A DNA stretch of 64,000 bases from an uncultured Butyrivibrio sp. Its GTDB lineage: Bacteria > Bacillota > Clostridia > Lachnospirales > Lachnospiraceae. Positions 50,599 to 60,039 of the stretch are shown one piece after another; positions within the stretch are counted from its first letter, which is position 1, and every line of letters begins with the position of its first letter. The translations under genes and the position numbers were made by a program. The DNA lies in the NCBI GenBank assembly GCA_964414835.1, contig CAYPWY010000007.1:12993-76992 (forward strand), written 5' to 3'. A model generated the notes under the pieces. That model was not told where the DNA came from. It saw only the letters and a list, made by a program, of their open reading frames with translations, and searched no databases.

Positions 50599-51330
50599 TC
50601 ATTCATAACTCTCAATTAATTCAACTGCTGTAACATGCATCGTGTCGGAATTATAGGTAACTTTGACTCTGTCGCCAACAGTAATTATTTGTATAATATG
50701 ACCTTCAGAATCTGTAAAATTATCATTCATTTCACTGCTATAACCGCAAAATCCGAATATGTCACCAAATATTTCCTGTGTCATATATTCATCCTCTGTA
50801 CTATCCGGATAATATATTATTTCACAATCTGTCCCTGCTGCTCCATTTTCAAGACTCTCATTGATATTTTCTTTGTCCCCGTCTCTTATTAAATTTGTTA
50901 TCGGTCCAACAGTTCCATAAAAAGTGTAATCATTATTATATTCTGATACAGACTTGTATTCTTCGGCTTTCAAAATAATATCATCATCCGTCAAATATCT
51001 GTCTCCGTCAAAAATGGCGTAATTAAAATCCTGTCTATCCTTAACATTCATACTGCCATCATAGTGTATGACGGAACCGCTATATTCTATGATTACATCT
51101 GTCCCCTCCGCAAAATCGGTACCGCATTTGTCAACAATCATAGGATATTTCGTATCGGAACATAAATTCACAACATATTCTGTCTCTCTGTTTTCCCTGA
51201 TAATCCCAATACATTTCTTTATGGCAGACTCACTGTCGATTCCATTATCAACCTGCGCTTCACCATTTTTCTCAGCGCAGCCTGAACACAATATTATGAC
51301 TGCTGCTGCAACCAACATCCACCTATTCAT
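50599..51330 (-). CDS. Hypothetical acidic lipoprotein
   Basis: Lipobox CSG-C after a hydrophobic stretch; GAGG RBS. Confidence 0.7.
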   Translation of the reverse strand: MNRWMLVAAAVIILCSGCAEKNGEAQVDNGIDSESAIKKCIGIIRENRETEYVVNLCSDTKYPMIVDKCGTDFAEGTDVIIEYSGSVIHYDGSMNVKDRQDFNYAIFDGDRYLTDDDIILKAEEYKSVSEYNNDYTFYGTVGPITNLIRDGDKENINESLENGAAGTDCEIIYYPDSTEDEYMTQEIFGDIFGFCGYSSEMNDNFTDSEGHIIQIITVGDRVKVTYNSDTMHVTAVELIESYE

Positions 51331-51350
51331 AACCTCTTATACTCCCTTCA

Positions 51351-51647
51351 TTATTTACAAAAATTATAAAACATGCCATTACATTTATAATAAAAATTAT
51401 TTCCGGAATAATAGTACAACCTACTATCCGCATTATTTCCAATTACTGATAAATCCAAATAATTTAACACATATCCAGATTCAATATTTGGATCCATGTA
51501 AATATATCCATATGATTGGCTTATTCTAAATGCTCCGCAAAGTACAATAACATGATACACATCTACATCATAATCTTCACAAGAAATCCCTTGCATATTA
51601 CACATTATTGGACTGCCGCCACTTAATACAGATAATACATTTACCAT
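51351..51647 (-). CDS. Short protein resembling the C-terminal half of a papain-like (C39-type) peptidase, possibly a fragment
   Basis: YHVIVLCG...YIYMDPN His/Asp pattern without an upstream catalytic Cys region; own TTGACA-N17-TATTTT promoter and AAGGGG RBS. Confidence 0.45.
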   Translation of the reverse strand: MVNVLSVLSGGSPIMCNMQGISCEDYDVDVYHVIVLCGAFRISQSYGYIYMDPNIESGYVLNYLDLSVIGNNADSRLYYYSGNNFYYKCNGMFYNFCK

Positions 51648-51729
51648 ATATACTGCCCCTTAACGGAAAATTATCAAGTATAAAATACCATATATTTCAC
51701 TATGTGTCAACGTTGTCACTATTAAACTG

Positions 51730-53097
51730 TTAAAACCGCATTTTTTTCTTCTGCTTATTCCATACAATCACAAAACATATCACATGCACAGCAAATGTAA
51801 TTGCCCACGTCACCGGGTATGACATATAAATCACTTTGGTGGTGTGATATTGGGGTATCTGGAAAACAGTGGCAAGCCATACAAACCTCAGTCCGCAGGC
51901 ACCAATCAGCGACACCGCCATAGGCATAACCGCATAACCGATGCCTCTTATTGAACCCACCATAACATCCATCATTCCACACAGCGCATATGTTCCGCAT
52001 ATTATCATAAGGCGTACCATTCCGGCTTCCACCGCAACGGGATTGTCAGTGTATATTCCAAGCAGTGAATTTCCGAAAAATACTGCAAGCTGCCCAAGCA
52101 CCACTCCTGTAACTATAACACAACCCTGACCGGTAAAAAGTATCTTCTTAATCCTGTCCGACTTACCTGCGCCATAATTCTGCCCTGTAAAGGACAAAGT
52201 AGTATGATGAAAAGCATTCATTGCCATATATACAAAACCCTCTATATTGGCTGCCGCCGAATTACCTGCCACCACTATCTCCCCGAATATGTTAATAGAC
52301 GACTGTATAACAACATTGGACAGTGAAAATACCGTTCCCTGAAATCCTGCCGGAAGTCCGATTTGCATTATACTTTTTAATTTGCTGCCGTAGATATGCA
52401 GACTTTTAATCTCAAAATGTACTGCCCCTTTATCCTTAAGCATACATATTACAATAAGAGCAGCCGATACTGTCTGTGATATAACAGTGGCTATTCCCAC
52501 TCCTGCAACATCCAGATTAAACACGATTACAAGAAGCAGATTCAGTCCCACATTAATGGCCCCCGCTATAAAAAGATAGTACAGAGGTCTTTTGGTATCT
52601 CCTACCGCACGCAGTATGGCACTGCCGAAATTATAAATCATCATTGAAGGCATACCAAGAAAATATATCCTCAGATACAATGCAGCAAGATTAAGAATCT
52701 CATCCGGTGTCTTCATCAGTATAAGAAGTTTTTCGGCAAAAATCTCTCCCACAACAGCAAGTATAATTCCGCTTATAAGGCTTAAAAGCATTGCTGTATG
52801 CACCGTCTCACTAAGGTCACGCTGCCTGACAGCTCCATAGTAACGTGCAACAAGAACATTCGCACCAACCGACAAACCTATAAATACATTGGTAAGCAGA
52901 TTGATAAGCGCCGTATTTGAACCGACAGCTGCCAGTGAGTTATCTCCCGCATATTTACCTACAACTATTATGTCCGCTGCATTGAACAACAACTGCAGTA
53001 TACTTGAAAACATCAAAGGAAATGCAAATAAAAGCATCTTTTTAAGAATTGGCCCATTGCACATATCCATCTCATATCTGTCTTTTTTCATCCTCAT
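51730..53097 (-). CDS. MATE family efflux transporter
   Basis: QLLFNAADIIVVG, RAVGDTKRPL and GAGK repeats; about 12 TMs. Confidence 0.95.
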   Translation of the reverse strand: MRMKKDRYEMDMCNGPILKKMLLFAFPLMFSSILQLLFNAADIIVVGKYAGDNSLAAVGSNTALINLLTNVFIGLSVGANVLVARYYGAVRQRDLSETVHTAMLLSLISGIILAVVGEIFAEKLLILMKTPDEILNLAALYLRIYFLGMPSMMIYNFGSAILRAVGDTKRPLYYLFIAGAINVGLNLLLVIVFNLDVAGVGIATVISQTVSAALIVICMLKDKGAVHFEIKSLHIYGSKLKSIMQIGLPAGFQGTVFSLSNVVIQSSINIFGEIVVAGNSAAANIEGFVYMAMNAFHHTTLSFTGQNYGAGKSDRIKKILFTGQGCVIVTGVVLGQLAVFFGNSLLGIYTDNPVAVEAGMVRLMIICGTYALCGMMDVMVGSIRGIGYAVMPMAVSLIGACGLRFVWLATVFQIPQYHTTKVIYMSYPVTWAITFAVHVICFVIVWNKQKKKMRF

Positions 53098-53203
53098 CGC
53101 CGCGCCTCACACTGCTTGTATAAAATAATAAACATCCGTGCATTATGTATTTACCGGATGTTTATTATATCACTATTAAATTGATTTGTGTACACCTAAT
53201 TAC

Positions 53204-53242
53204 AAAAACAGTGTCATTACAAAACATGTAATGACACTGTTT
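53204..53242 (-). terminator. Terminator closing the peptide transcript
   Basis: Perfect 16-bp stem AAACAGTGTCATTACA/TGTAATGACACTGTTT with a T-run on the minus strand. Confidence 0.85.
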
Positions 53243-53276
53243 CCGTTACCGTTTTATGCTGCCGGCACAACGTCCA

Positions 53277-53345
53277 TCAACAGCCGACCCAAAAACGGCA
53301 ACTAATATAATAAATACTCTCCTGCAAAACCAGCCTTACGTGCAT
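53277..53345 (-). CDS. 22-aa micro-ORF MHVRLVLQESIYYISCRFWVGC (peptide, or frameshifted 5' gene remnant)
   Basis: GGGGAGG RBS only 3 nt before the ATG; lies before the terminator. Confidence 0.35.
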   Translation of the reverse strand: MHVRLVLQESIYYISCRFWVGC

Positions 53346-53380
53346 TTTCCTCCCCTGCACTTAAATCAATCAGGCTACGC

Positions 53381-53443
53381 TTATAACCCAAGAAGCTTCT
53401 TAAGCCACTCCCATACATCATCTATTAAGAGATTGACGCCCAT
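53381..53443 (-). CDS. 20-aa amphipathic peptide MGVNLLIDDVWEWLKKLLGL
   Basis: AAGGGAGG RBS 7 nt before the ATG; dedicated promoter; helical hydrophobic periodicity. Confidence 0.7.
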   Translation of the reverse strand: MGVNLLIDDVWEWLKKLLGL

Positions 53444-53473
53444 AACTGCACCTCCCTTGTGATTGATGAGTTC

Positions 53474-53544
53474 ATTATACATAGCCTTTCCAGAAAATGG
53501 AATAGCTTCCACTTAAGCGGTCATATTTTCGACAAAACGGTCAT
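53474..53544 (-). promoter_or_regulatory. LytTR-type activated promoter
   Basis: Direct repeats ATGACCGTTT (53535-53544) and ATGACCGCTT (53515-53524), 20-bp period, upstream of weak -35 TTCCAT-N17-TATAAT. Confidence 0.7.
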
Positions 53545-53549
53545 CATAT

Positions 53550-54851
53550 TCATAGGTTATAAGCCGGATTTTGCTTATTGTGAAGAATTATATGCAGTGA
53601 GTATATATTGTTGTCTGTGCTTATTGTCATGCTTCCATTATAATTGGCTACCGCATCACCTACGTTCACAAGCCCCAGCCCGTGATTTTCATAGTCAGCC
53701 TTGGTGGTTGCAATTACTCCGCCGTCAACATTCAGGCTGCCGGCATAATAATTGCTTATATTTATCATAATAAAGCTATTATCATACTTAAATTCCAGCC
53801 GGACGCTTCTCTTGTCAGCATCATCAAGCTCCGAGGCTGCCTCTATGGCATTTTTAATTATATTGGATATTATGGTACATAAATCATAACTGCTTATATT
53901 GACAATCCCCGGAAATCTGCCGCTGACATTGACGGTAACATTTTCCCTGTCAGCTGTAAATATATATTGATTGATTACCGCATCTGCAATGTCACATCCC
54001 ACTGAGATTCTGTTTACTGTCTGCGCCCCTTCTATATTATCCCTGACCTTCTCCATATACTCCGATAATTCTTCGTATTTTCCATTCTCAATACAATGCT
54101 CAATCACATTCATATGCGCCTGAACATCATGCCTGAATTTCCTGGTATTTTCCTCCTTTCTCTCAAGATATGCATAGTGCTGCTCCTGCATCTTAAGATA
54201 CTGCCTGTTAATCTCATCCTTCTCCTTATACACGTTCTTGGTGGCAGCCAGCATAAGAATGGTACCTACCTCAAAAAGCAGGCTCACCACTGCCAGATAA
54301 AATACGATGTATACACCCAGCGCATACTCCATGCTGAATATTGTATCCACCATAATCGTTATGACCATACCGTTGCACAGGCATACAACCAGCGTCAGAC
54401 CATAATAGGGCAGCCCGATTTTTACCCTGTGCCTGTAAAATCTGTTTGCCAGCCATCCCCACACTGCCACAACACAGGTTGTCACTGCTGCACCGATACA
54501 TTTTACAACTAATTCCTTCTCCGGGAAATCAGTTATCATATACCTTAACAGGCTGCAGCACATATAGTCCATAAACGACACTATAATTGCTGCCCACACG
54601 TCCAACACCAGAAGCTTCCATATTCTCCTGTCGTCAAACATTATCAGAGATGCCGCTACAATAAATACTAAATAAACGCCCATATTATATATACCGTTGG
54701 CAACCAGAACAACAATCGCTATGTACAATACAGGTACAGCAAGCATCAGCTTTGATTTTTTCCTCTGATGCAGGTCACTAAGTCCCCTTAATACAAGATA
54801 TAATTTTGCAAATTCAAGCAAATAACTTATTCCATAACCAATATACTCCAT
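53550..54851 (-). CDS. AgrC/ComD-like (HPK10, GHKL) membrane histidine kinase
   Basis: 6-7 TMs, RKFRHD H-box, NIIKNAIEA N-box and HGLGL. Confidence 0.9.
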   Translation of the reverse strand: MEYIGYGISYLLEFAKLYLVLRGLSDLHQRKKSKLMLAVPVLYIAIVVLVANGIYNMGVYLVFIVAASLIMFDDRRIWKLLVLDVWAAIIVSFMDYMCCSLLRYMITDFPEKELVVKCIGAAVTTCVVAVWGWLANRFYRHRVKIGLPYYGLTLVVCLCNGMVITIMVDTIFSMEYALGVYIVFYLAVVSLLFEVGTILMLAATKNVYKEKDEINRQYLKMQEQHYAYLERKEENTRKFRHDVQAHMNVIEHCIENGKYEELSEYMEKVRDNIEGAQTVNRISVGCDIADAVINQYIFTADRENVTVNVSGRFPGIVNISSYDLCTIISNIIKNAIEAASELDDADKRSVRLEFKYDNSFIMINISNYYAGSLNVDGGVIATTKADYENHGLGLVNVGDAVANYNGSMTISTDNNIYSLHIILHNKQNPAYNL

Positions 54852-54867
54852 TATTTCCTCCTTGGTA

Positions 54868-55572
54868 CTACGTTGTGGCTATCAGATTGCGCCACTTTAT
54901 CAAATTTGCTATAAACTCCTTGCTTTTCCTCCTGCTTATAGGTATTTTAGTCTGGTTTATCAGGTACAGCGTATCCTTTTCAAATCTGTCCACATACCGG
55001 AAATTTACTATGTATGATTTAAAAGGTATGCCAAATTCGTAATTCTTGAACACATTCCAAAGCTCCAGCATATTGAGATTTGCCTCAATATCATATTTTC
55101 TATGATGTATTATAACCTTGCGGAGCATTGTCTCAATATACATTACATCTTTCACGTACATTGGATGTATCATGGAAGTCTTTACGTCATAGATTTTGAC
55201 CATGGGGTTCTCCCTGTTAATGGCAGCCAATGCCAACATGGCTTCCCTGATTTCCTCCTCCATATTATTCTTGTCTATGTACCGAAAGGCATTGACCTTA
55301 TACCCCCTTCTGGCAAACTGTGTATATGATGTCAACATAATCGAACGGCTGTCGGGATGCATTTTGGAATAACTGCTGCATATTTCAAAACCATTCTGAC
55401 AATTTTCTCCTAACTCCACATCATAGAATACTATGGAATATTCAATTCCGGCAGATAAAAACTCTTCCCCCGAAGCATATTTATCCACACGTATGTTTTT
55501 TGCAAATATTTTTCTGATTGTTTTTACAGCTCTGTCCCTCCAGAGCTCTTCATCATCAATTACCGCTATCAT
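54868..55572 (-). CDS. LytTR family response regulator
   Basis: Receiver (IDDE, YDVEL, TS, YIDK) plus LytTR domain (MYIET..RKVIIH, SYIVNF, IPISRRK). Confidence 0.92.
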   Translation of the reverse strand: MIAVIDDEELWRDRAVKTIRKIFAKNIRVDKYASGEEFLSAGIEYSIVFYDVELGENCQNGFEICSSYSKMHPDSRSIMLTSYTQFARRGYKVNAFRYIDKNNMEEEIREAMLALAAINRENPMVKIYDVKTSMIHPMYVKDVMYIETMLRKVIIHHRKYDIEANLNMLELWNVFKNYEFGIPFKSYIVNFRYVDRFEKDTLYLINQTKIPISRRKSKEFIANLIKWRNLIATT

Positions 55573-55650
55573 TCTTCACCCTTCCATTAATTCATTTTTA
55601 CATTAAATCACGTCAACGGTGCATAGAAGCAAAACCCTATGCGCCATTTT

Positions 55651-57939
55651 TCACGCTCTTAATTTGGTTCCTTTTCCGTCACGCTTGGCAGTTTTCAGCT
55701 TCCTAAGGGAGACCTCCCTGCCTTTGTAGTCAATAGTAATATCCGCGTCTTCAGGTATAAGATATACGTCATCTATGCTGTCGCCTGCTGCAAGCTTGAT
55801 ACCCCTTACTCCCACTGCGCCTCTTTTTTTCTCAGGTATGTCTGTAAGCGGAAATTTAAGAAAATACCCGTCTGCTGACTGTAATACCACAAGCTGGCTG
55901 CTTATTATACACGTTCCCTCTTGACCGTCATTTTCCATAGACCTTGCATCCGTTGCGCAGATGTTTATTACACTGTCCTTGTCATTAAGCTTGGTAGCTG
56001 CTATGGTACGCTTGGCAGCTTCAAACTCACTACCGTCAACCAGCTTCATCATACCGCCTTTAGTCACAAACAGCAGTTTTCTTTCCTTAAGCTGCTCCGA
56101 GGAACACAGATATACAATCTCCTCTCCTGCGCTGCTGTAATTTCCCAGATTGTCAATCGGAGTACCTTTGTCCCTGAATTTGGTGAAAGGTATATCTTTG
56201 ACCTTAATCTGATGAAGATTACCATTGTCTGTAAAAATACATATTTTATCGGTATTCATACAACTGAACACATATTTATTTTCTGCATATATTGCATCCT
56301 GATTCCGTTCAAAAGCCGCCTTGTCGATTGTCTTTGAATATCCGAAGCGGTCCATAATAAACACAACCTCCTGCTCCACAATCTTAGGTTCTTCATAGAC
56401 TGCCGCCTCAGCGTCTTCAATGATTGTAAGACGAGTTACTCCGTATTCCTTCTTAATCTGTTCCAAGTCCTTTTTGATGGCCTTTTTCATTGCTTTTTTG
56501 CTGCCGAGAATGTCCTCATATCTGGCAATTTTAAGGAGAGTTTCCTCATATTCCTTTTCAAGAGCTTCTATCTCCAAGCCTATTAATTTATAAAGACGAA
56601 GCTCAAGTATTGCCGATGCCTGCCTTTCAGTGAAATGCAGCTTTGAGGCTGCCTTTTGGGACTGTTCCGACTTAAATTTGATGTCTGTGGTATCGCCGGA
56701 AATAAGACATGCTTTTGCCTGCTTAAGATTTTTACTTCCCCTGAGAATTTCAATAATAAGGTCAATTATGTTGCACGCCTTAATAAGTCCTTCCTTGACC
56801 TCTTTGTTATCGTATTCTTTCTTGAGAAGTGTGGTATATTTACGTGTGTTAATCTCATACTGAAATTCCACATTATGTTTTATTATATCCTTAAGTCCCA
56901 AAACCTCCGGTCTTCCCTCTGCAATTGTCAGCATATTAACGCCAAAGGTGTCCTCAAGCTTGGTCTTTTTGTATAAAAGGTTCTCAAGCTTCTTAATATC
57001 CGCATTCTTCTTCAGTTCAAGAACGATTCTTATGCCCTCCTTGGAGGATTCATTGGAAATATCAGTTATATCCTGCGTCTTCTTGGTTTCTATAAGGTCA
57101 ACAACATCGGATATGAACTTGCTTATTCCCACACCAATCATAGTATAAGGAATTGCACTTATAACCAGCTTGTCCCTGTCGGATTTTTTCTTGCCCGGCT
57201 CAAAATCCACATTGCCGCGAAGCTTAATTTTGCCTGTTCCCGTCTCATATATGCCAAGAAGCTCGCTTTTATTGACAACTCTTCCTCCTGTCGGAAAGTC
57301 AGGTCCCGGCATGTATTCCATAAGCTCAGCGGTAGTTATCTTTTCATTATCCATATACGCCTCAACCGCATTGATAACTTCAACCAGATTGTGGGTAGGT
57401 ATGTTTGTTGTCATACCGACAGCTATTCCCTCTGAACCGTTAATAAGTATGTTGGGAACCCGTACAGGAAGAACGGAGGGTTCTTTTTCCGTCTCGTCAA
57501 AATTCGGTACAAAGTCCACAACATCCTTGTCCAAATCCTTAAGATACACATCCTGAGTGAATTTTTTCAGTCTTGCCTCAGTATATCGCATGGCAGCAGC
57601 TCCGTCACCTTCTATGGAGCCAAAGTTGCCATGACCGTCTACAAGAGCCATACCCTTCTTAAAATCCTGCTCCAACACCACAAGTGTCTCATAAATGGAG
57701 CTGTCACCGTGAGGATGATATTTACCCATGGCATCACCTACGATACGTGCCGATTTACGGTGAGGTTTATCGTAATTAAGTCCCAACTGGTCCATAGCAT
57801 ATAATACACGGCGCTGAACAGGCTTTAATCCGTCCCTTACATCAGGAACGGCACGTGCCGTAATAACACTCATGGAATAATCTATAAATGATTTCTGCAT
57901 CACATCGGAGTATTCTGTTTTCAAAATAGTCTCAGCCAT
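55651..57939 (-). CDS. parC: Type IIA topoisomerase subunit A, Topo IV-like
   Basis: DGLKPVQRR, YHPHGD, AAMRYTE; short CTD with no clear GyrA box; ParC versus second GyrA is uncertain. Confidence 0.75.
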   Translation of the reverse strand: MAETILKTEYSDVMQKSFIDYSMSVITARAVPDVRDGLKPVQRRVLYAMDQLGLNYDKPHRKSARIVGDAMGKYHPHGDSSIYETLVVLEQDFKKGMALVDGHGNFGSIEGDGAAAMRYTEARLKKFTQDVYLKDLDKDVVDFVPNFDETEKEPSVLPVRVPNILINGSEGIAVGMTTNIPTHNLVEVINAVEAYMDNEKITTAELMEYMPGPDFPTGGRVVNKSELLGIYETGTGKIKLRGNVDFEPGKKKSDRDKLVISAIPYTMIGVGISKFISDVVDLIETKKTQDITDISNESSKEGIRIVLELKKNADIKKLENLLYKKTKLEDTFGVNMLTIAEGRPEVLGLKDIIKHNVEFQYEINTRKYTTLLKKEYDNKEVKEGLIKACNIIDLIIEILRGSKNLKQAKACLISGDTTDIKFKSEQSQKAASKLHFTERQASAILELRLYKLIGLEIEALEKEYEETLLKIARYEDILGSKKAMKKAIKKDLEQIKKEYGVTRLTIIEDAEAAVYEEPKIVEQEVVFIMDRFGYSKTIDKAAFERNQDAIYAENKYVFSCMNTDKICIFTDNGNLHQIKVKDIPFTKFRDKGTPIDNLGNYSSAGEEIVYLCSSEQLKERKLLFVTKGGMMKLVDGSEFEAAKRTIAATKLNDKDSVINICATDARSMENDGQEGTCIISSQLVVLQSADGYFLKFPLTDIPEKKRGAVGVRGIKLAAGDSIDDVYLIPEDADITIDYKGREVSLRKLKTAKRDGKGTKLRA

Positions 57940-57948
57940 ACTGCCCTC

Positions 57949-59874
57949 CTATATGTCAAGCTCTGCATCATGCGCATGTTCATGTATAAAATCACGTCTC
58001 GGCGGAACTTCCGTTCCCATAAGAATGGAAGTAACATAGGAAGCCATTTTTGCATCCTCAATCTCCACCTGCTTAAGGATTCTTGTATCAGGGTTAAGAG
58101 TGGTCTCCCAAAGCTGGTCCGCATCCATCTCTCCAAGTCCCTTGTATCTCTGAAGGGTAAATGACATTCCTTCATGCTCCCTGCGGTATTTTTCAAGCGC
58201 CTTATCGTCATAGAGATATTCGCCCTCGCCTTTTTTCGGAACCACCTTATAAAGCGGAGGTGTTGCCAGATATACATGTCCTTCCTGAATAAGCTCAGGC
58301 ATAAACCTGTAAAAAAATGTAAGCAAAAGTGTGTCAATATGTGCTCCGTCCACATCCGCATCAGTCATGAATATTATTTTGTTGTACCGGAGCTTACTTA
58401 TATCGAAATCATTGCCATAGCCCTCGGAAAAACCGCATCCGAAAGCCGTTATCATTGTCTTTATCTCTGCATTGGCAAGAACCTTATCCATTGTCGCCTT
58501 TTCAACATTGAGTATTTTTCCTCTTATTGGAAGAATTGCCTGTGTTTTGCGGTTACGGGCTGTTTTGGCAGAGCCTCCTGCCGAATCTCCCTCAACTATA
58601 AATATTTCACATTCCTCAGGATTGCGGCTTTCACAGTTGGCAAGTTTACCATTGGTATCGCAGGAAAACTTCTGTTTTACCAAAAGGTTAGTCTTAGCCT
58701 TTTCCTCCTGTTTGCGGATTTTGGCAGCTTTCTCGGCACATGCTATTACGTTCTTAAGGGTTTCCAGATTCTTGTCAAAATACCTTACAAGCTCATCGCC
58801 TGCAATATCCCCGACTATTTTACCTGCATCCTGATTGTCAAGCTTTGTTTTTGTCTGACCTTCAAAACGTGGCTCAGGGTGCTTAATAGCCACGATTCCC
58901 GTCATTCCGTTACGAACATCCCCACCGGTAAAATTCGCATCCTTTTCCTTGAGAATACCAAGCTCTCTGGCATACTGGTTGATTACCATTGTGAATTTGC
59001 TCTTAAAGCCTGTTATGTGGGTTCCGCCTTCCTGTGTATATATGTTGTTGCAAAAACCAAGTATGGACTCCTGAAATTCGTCCACAAACTGGAACGCACA
59101 TTCCACTTCTATGCCTTCCTTGGTGTCTTTAAAATACACCACATCATGGACTGCCTCCTTGCCCTCATTAAGCGCCTTGACATATGCTGTAATTCCCTGT
59201 TCTTCATGGAATGTCAGCTTCTCCTGGCTGCCTTTTCTCTTATCTTCAAATACTATGGTAAGCCCCGGATTAAGATACGCCGTCTCATGAAGTCTGCTCT
59301 TGATATTTTCTGACTTAAATTCTGTCTTTTCAAAAATTGAAGCGTCAGGCAGAAACGTCACCGATGTTCCGGTATCGTTTTTGCGGCAGGTTCCGCACTC
59401 TCTCAGCGCATAACACACCTTGCCTCTTTCATAACGCTGTTCATAAACAACACCGCCGCTTTTTATGCGAACCTCCAGCCAGTCTGAAAGCGCATTGACT
59501 ACTGACGCACCCACACCATGAAGTCCGCCCGAAATCTTATATCCTCCATCTCCGAACTTTCCGCCTGCATGAAGCATTGTAAATACCACTTCAACTGCCG
59601 GGATTCCTGCCTTCGGATGTATTCCTGTAGGTATTCCACGCCCATTGTCCGTTATTGTGGCCGAACCATCGTCATTAAGCGTCACCGATATAACATCACA
59701 ATAACCTGCCAGATGCTCGTCCACAGAGTTATCTGCAATCTCGTATATGAGGTGGTTTAGACCTTTTGTAGATACGCTTCCTATATACATACCCGGTCTT
59801 TTTCTCACTGCCTCAAGGCCTTCCAAAATGGATATGCTGGAAGCGTTGTACTGTTGTTCTGTTTTGCCCGCCAT
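57949..59874 (-). CDS. parE: Type IIA topoisomerase subunit B, Topo IV-like
   Basis: EAVRKRPGMYIG, GGLHGVG, EGDSAGG, DADVDG and RYKGLGEM; start at MAGKTE after GAAAGGA. Confidence 0.78.
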   Translation of the reverse strand: MAGKTEQQYNASSISILEGLEAVRKRPGMYIGSVSTKGLNHLIYEIADNSVDEHLAGYCDVISVTLNDDGSATITDNGRGIPTGIHPKAGIPAVEVVFTMLHAGGKFGDGGYKISGGLHGVGASVVNALSDWLEVRIKSGGVVYEQRYERGKVCYALRECGTCRKNDTGTSVTFLPDASIFEKTEFKSENIKSRLHETAYLNPGLTIVFEDKRKGSQEKLTFHEEQGITAYVKALNEGKEAVHDVVYFKDTKEGIEVECAFQFVDEFQESILGFCNNIYTQEGGTHITGFKSKFTMVINQYARELGILKEKDANFTGGDVRNGMTGIVAIKHPEPRFEGQTKTKLDNQDAGKIVGDIAGDELVRYFDKNLETLKNVIACAEKAAKIRKQEEKAKTNLLVKQKFSCDTNGKLANCESRNPEECEIFIVEGDSAGGSAKTARNRKTQAILPIRGKILNVEKATMDKVLANAEIKTMITAFGCGFSEGYGNDFDISKLRYNKIIFMTDADVDGAHIDTLLLTFFYRFMPELIQEGHVYLATPPLYKVVPKKGEGEYLYDDKALEKYRREHEGMSFTLQRYKGLGEMDADQLWETTLNPDTRILKQVEIEDAKMASYVTSILMGTEVPPRRDFIHEHAHDAELDI

Positions 59875-60039
59875 ATACTTACAATATTTCCTTTCATATA
59901 AATATTCATCAACAGGACTGTCACTATGCAATGTACTCCTTCGGTGCAGCAAATCCTTACGAATGTCCACAGCACAAAAAGACTTATCGCAGTCCCGGTA
60001 CAATTTACGCTATAGGCCGAAAACGCCCTATCATCGTTC

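Noticed and set aside
58174-59313. Long antisense ORFs in the track (for example 379 aa opposite parE, and others opposite pknB, putP and folD)
   Set aside because: Shadows of well-supported genes, with no RBS or recognisable motifs
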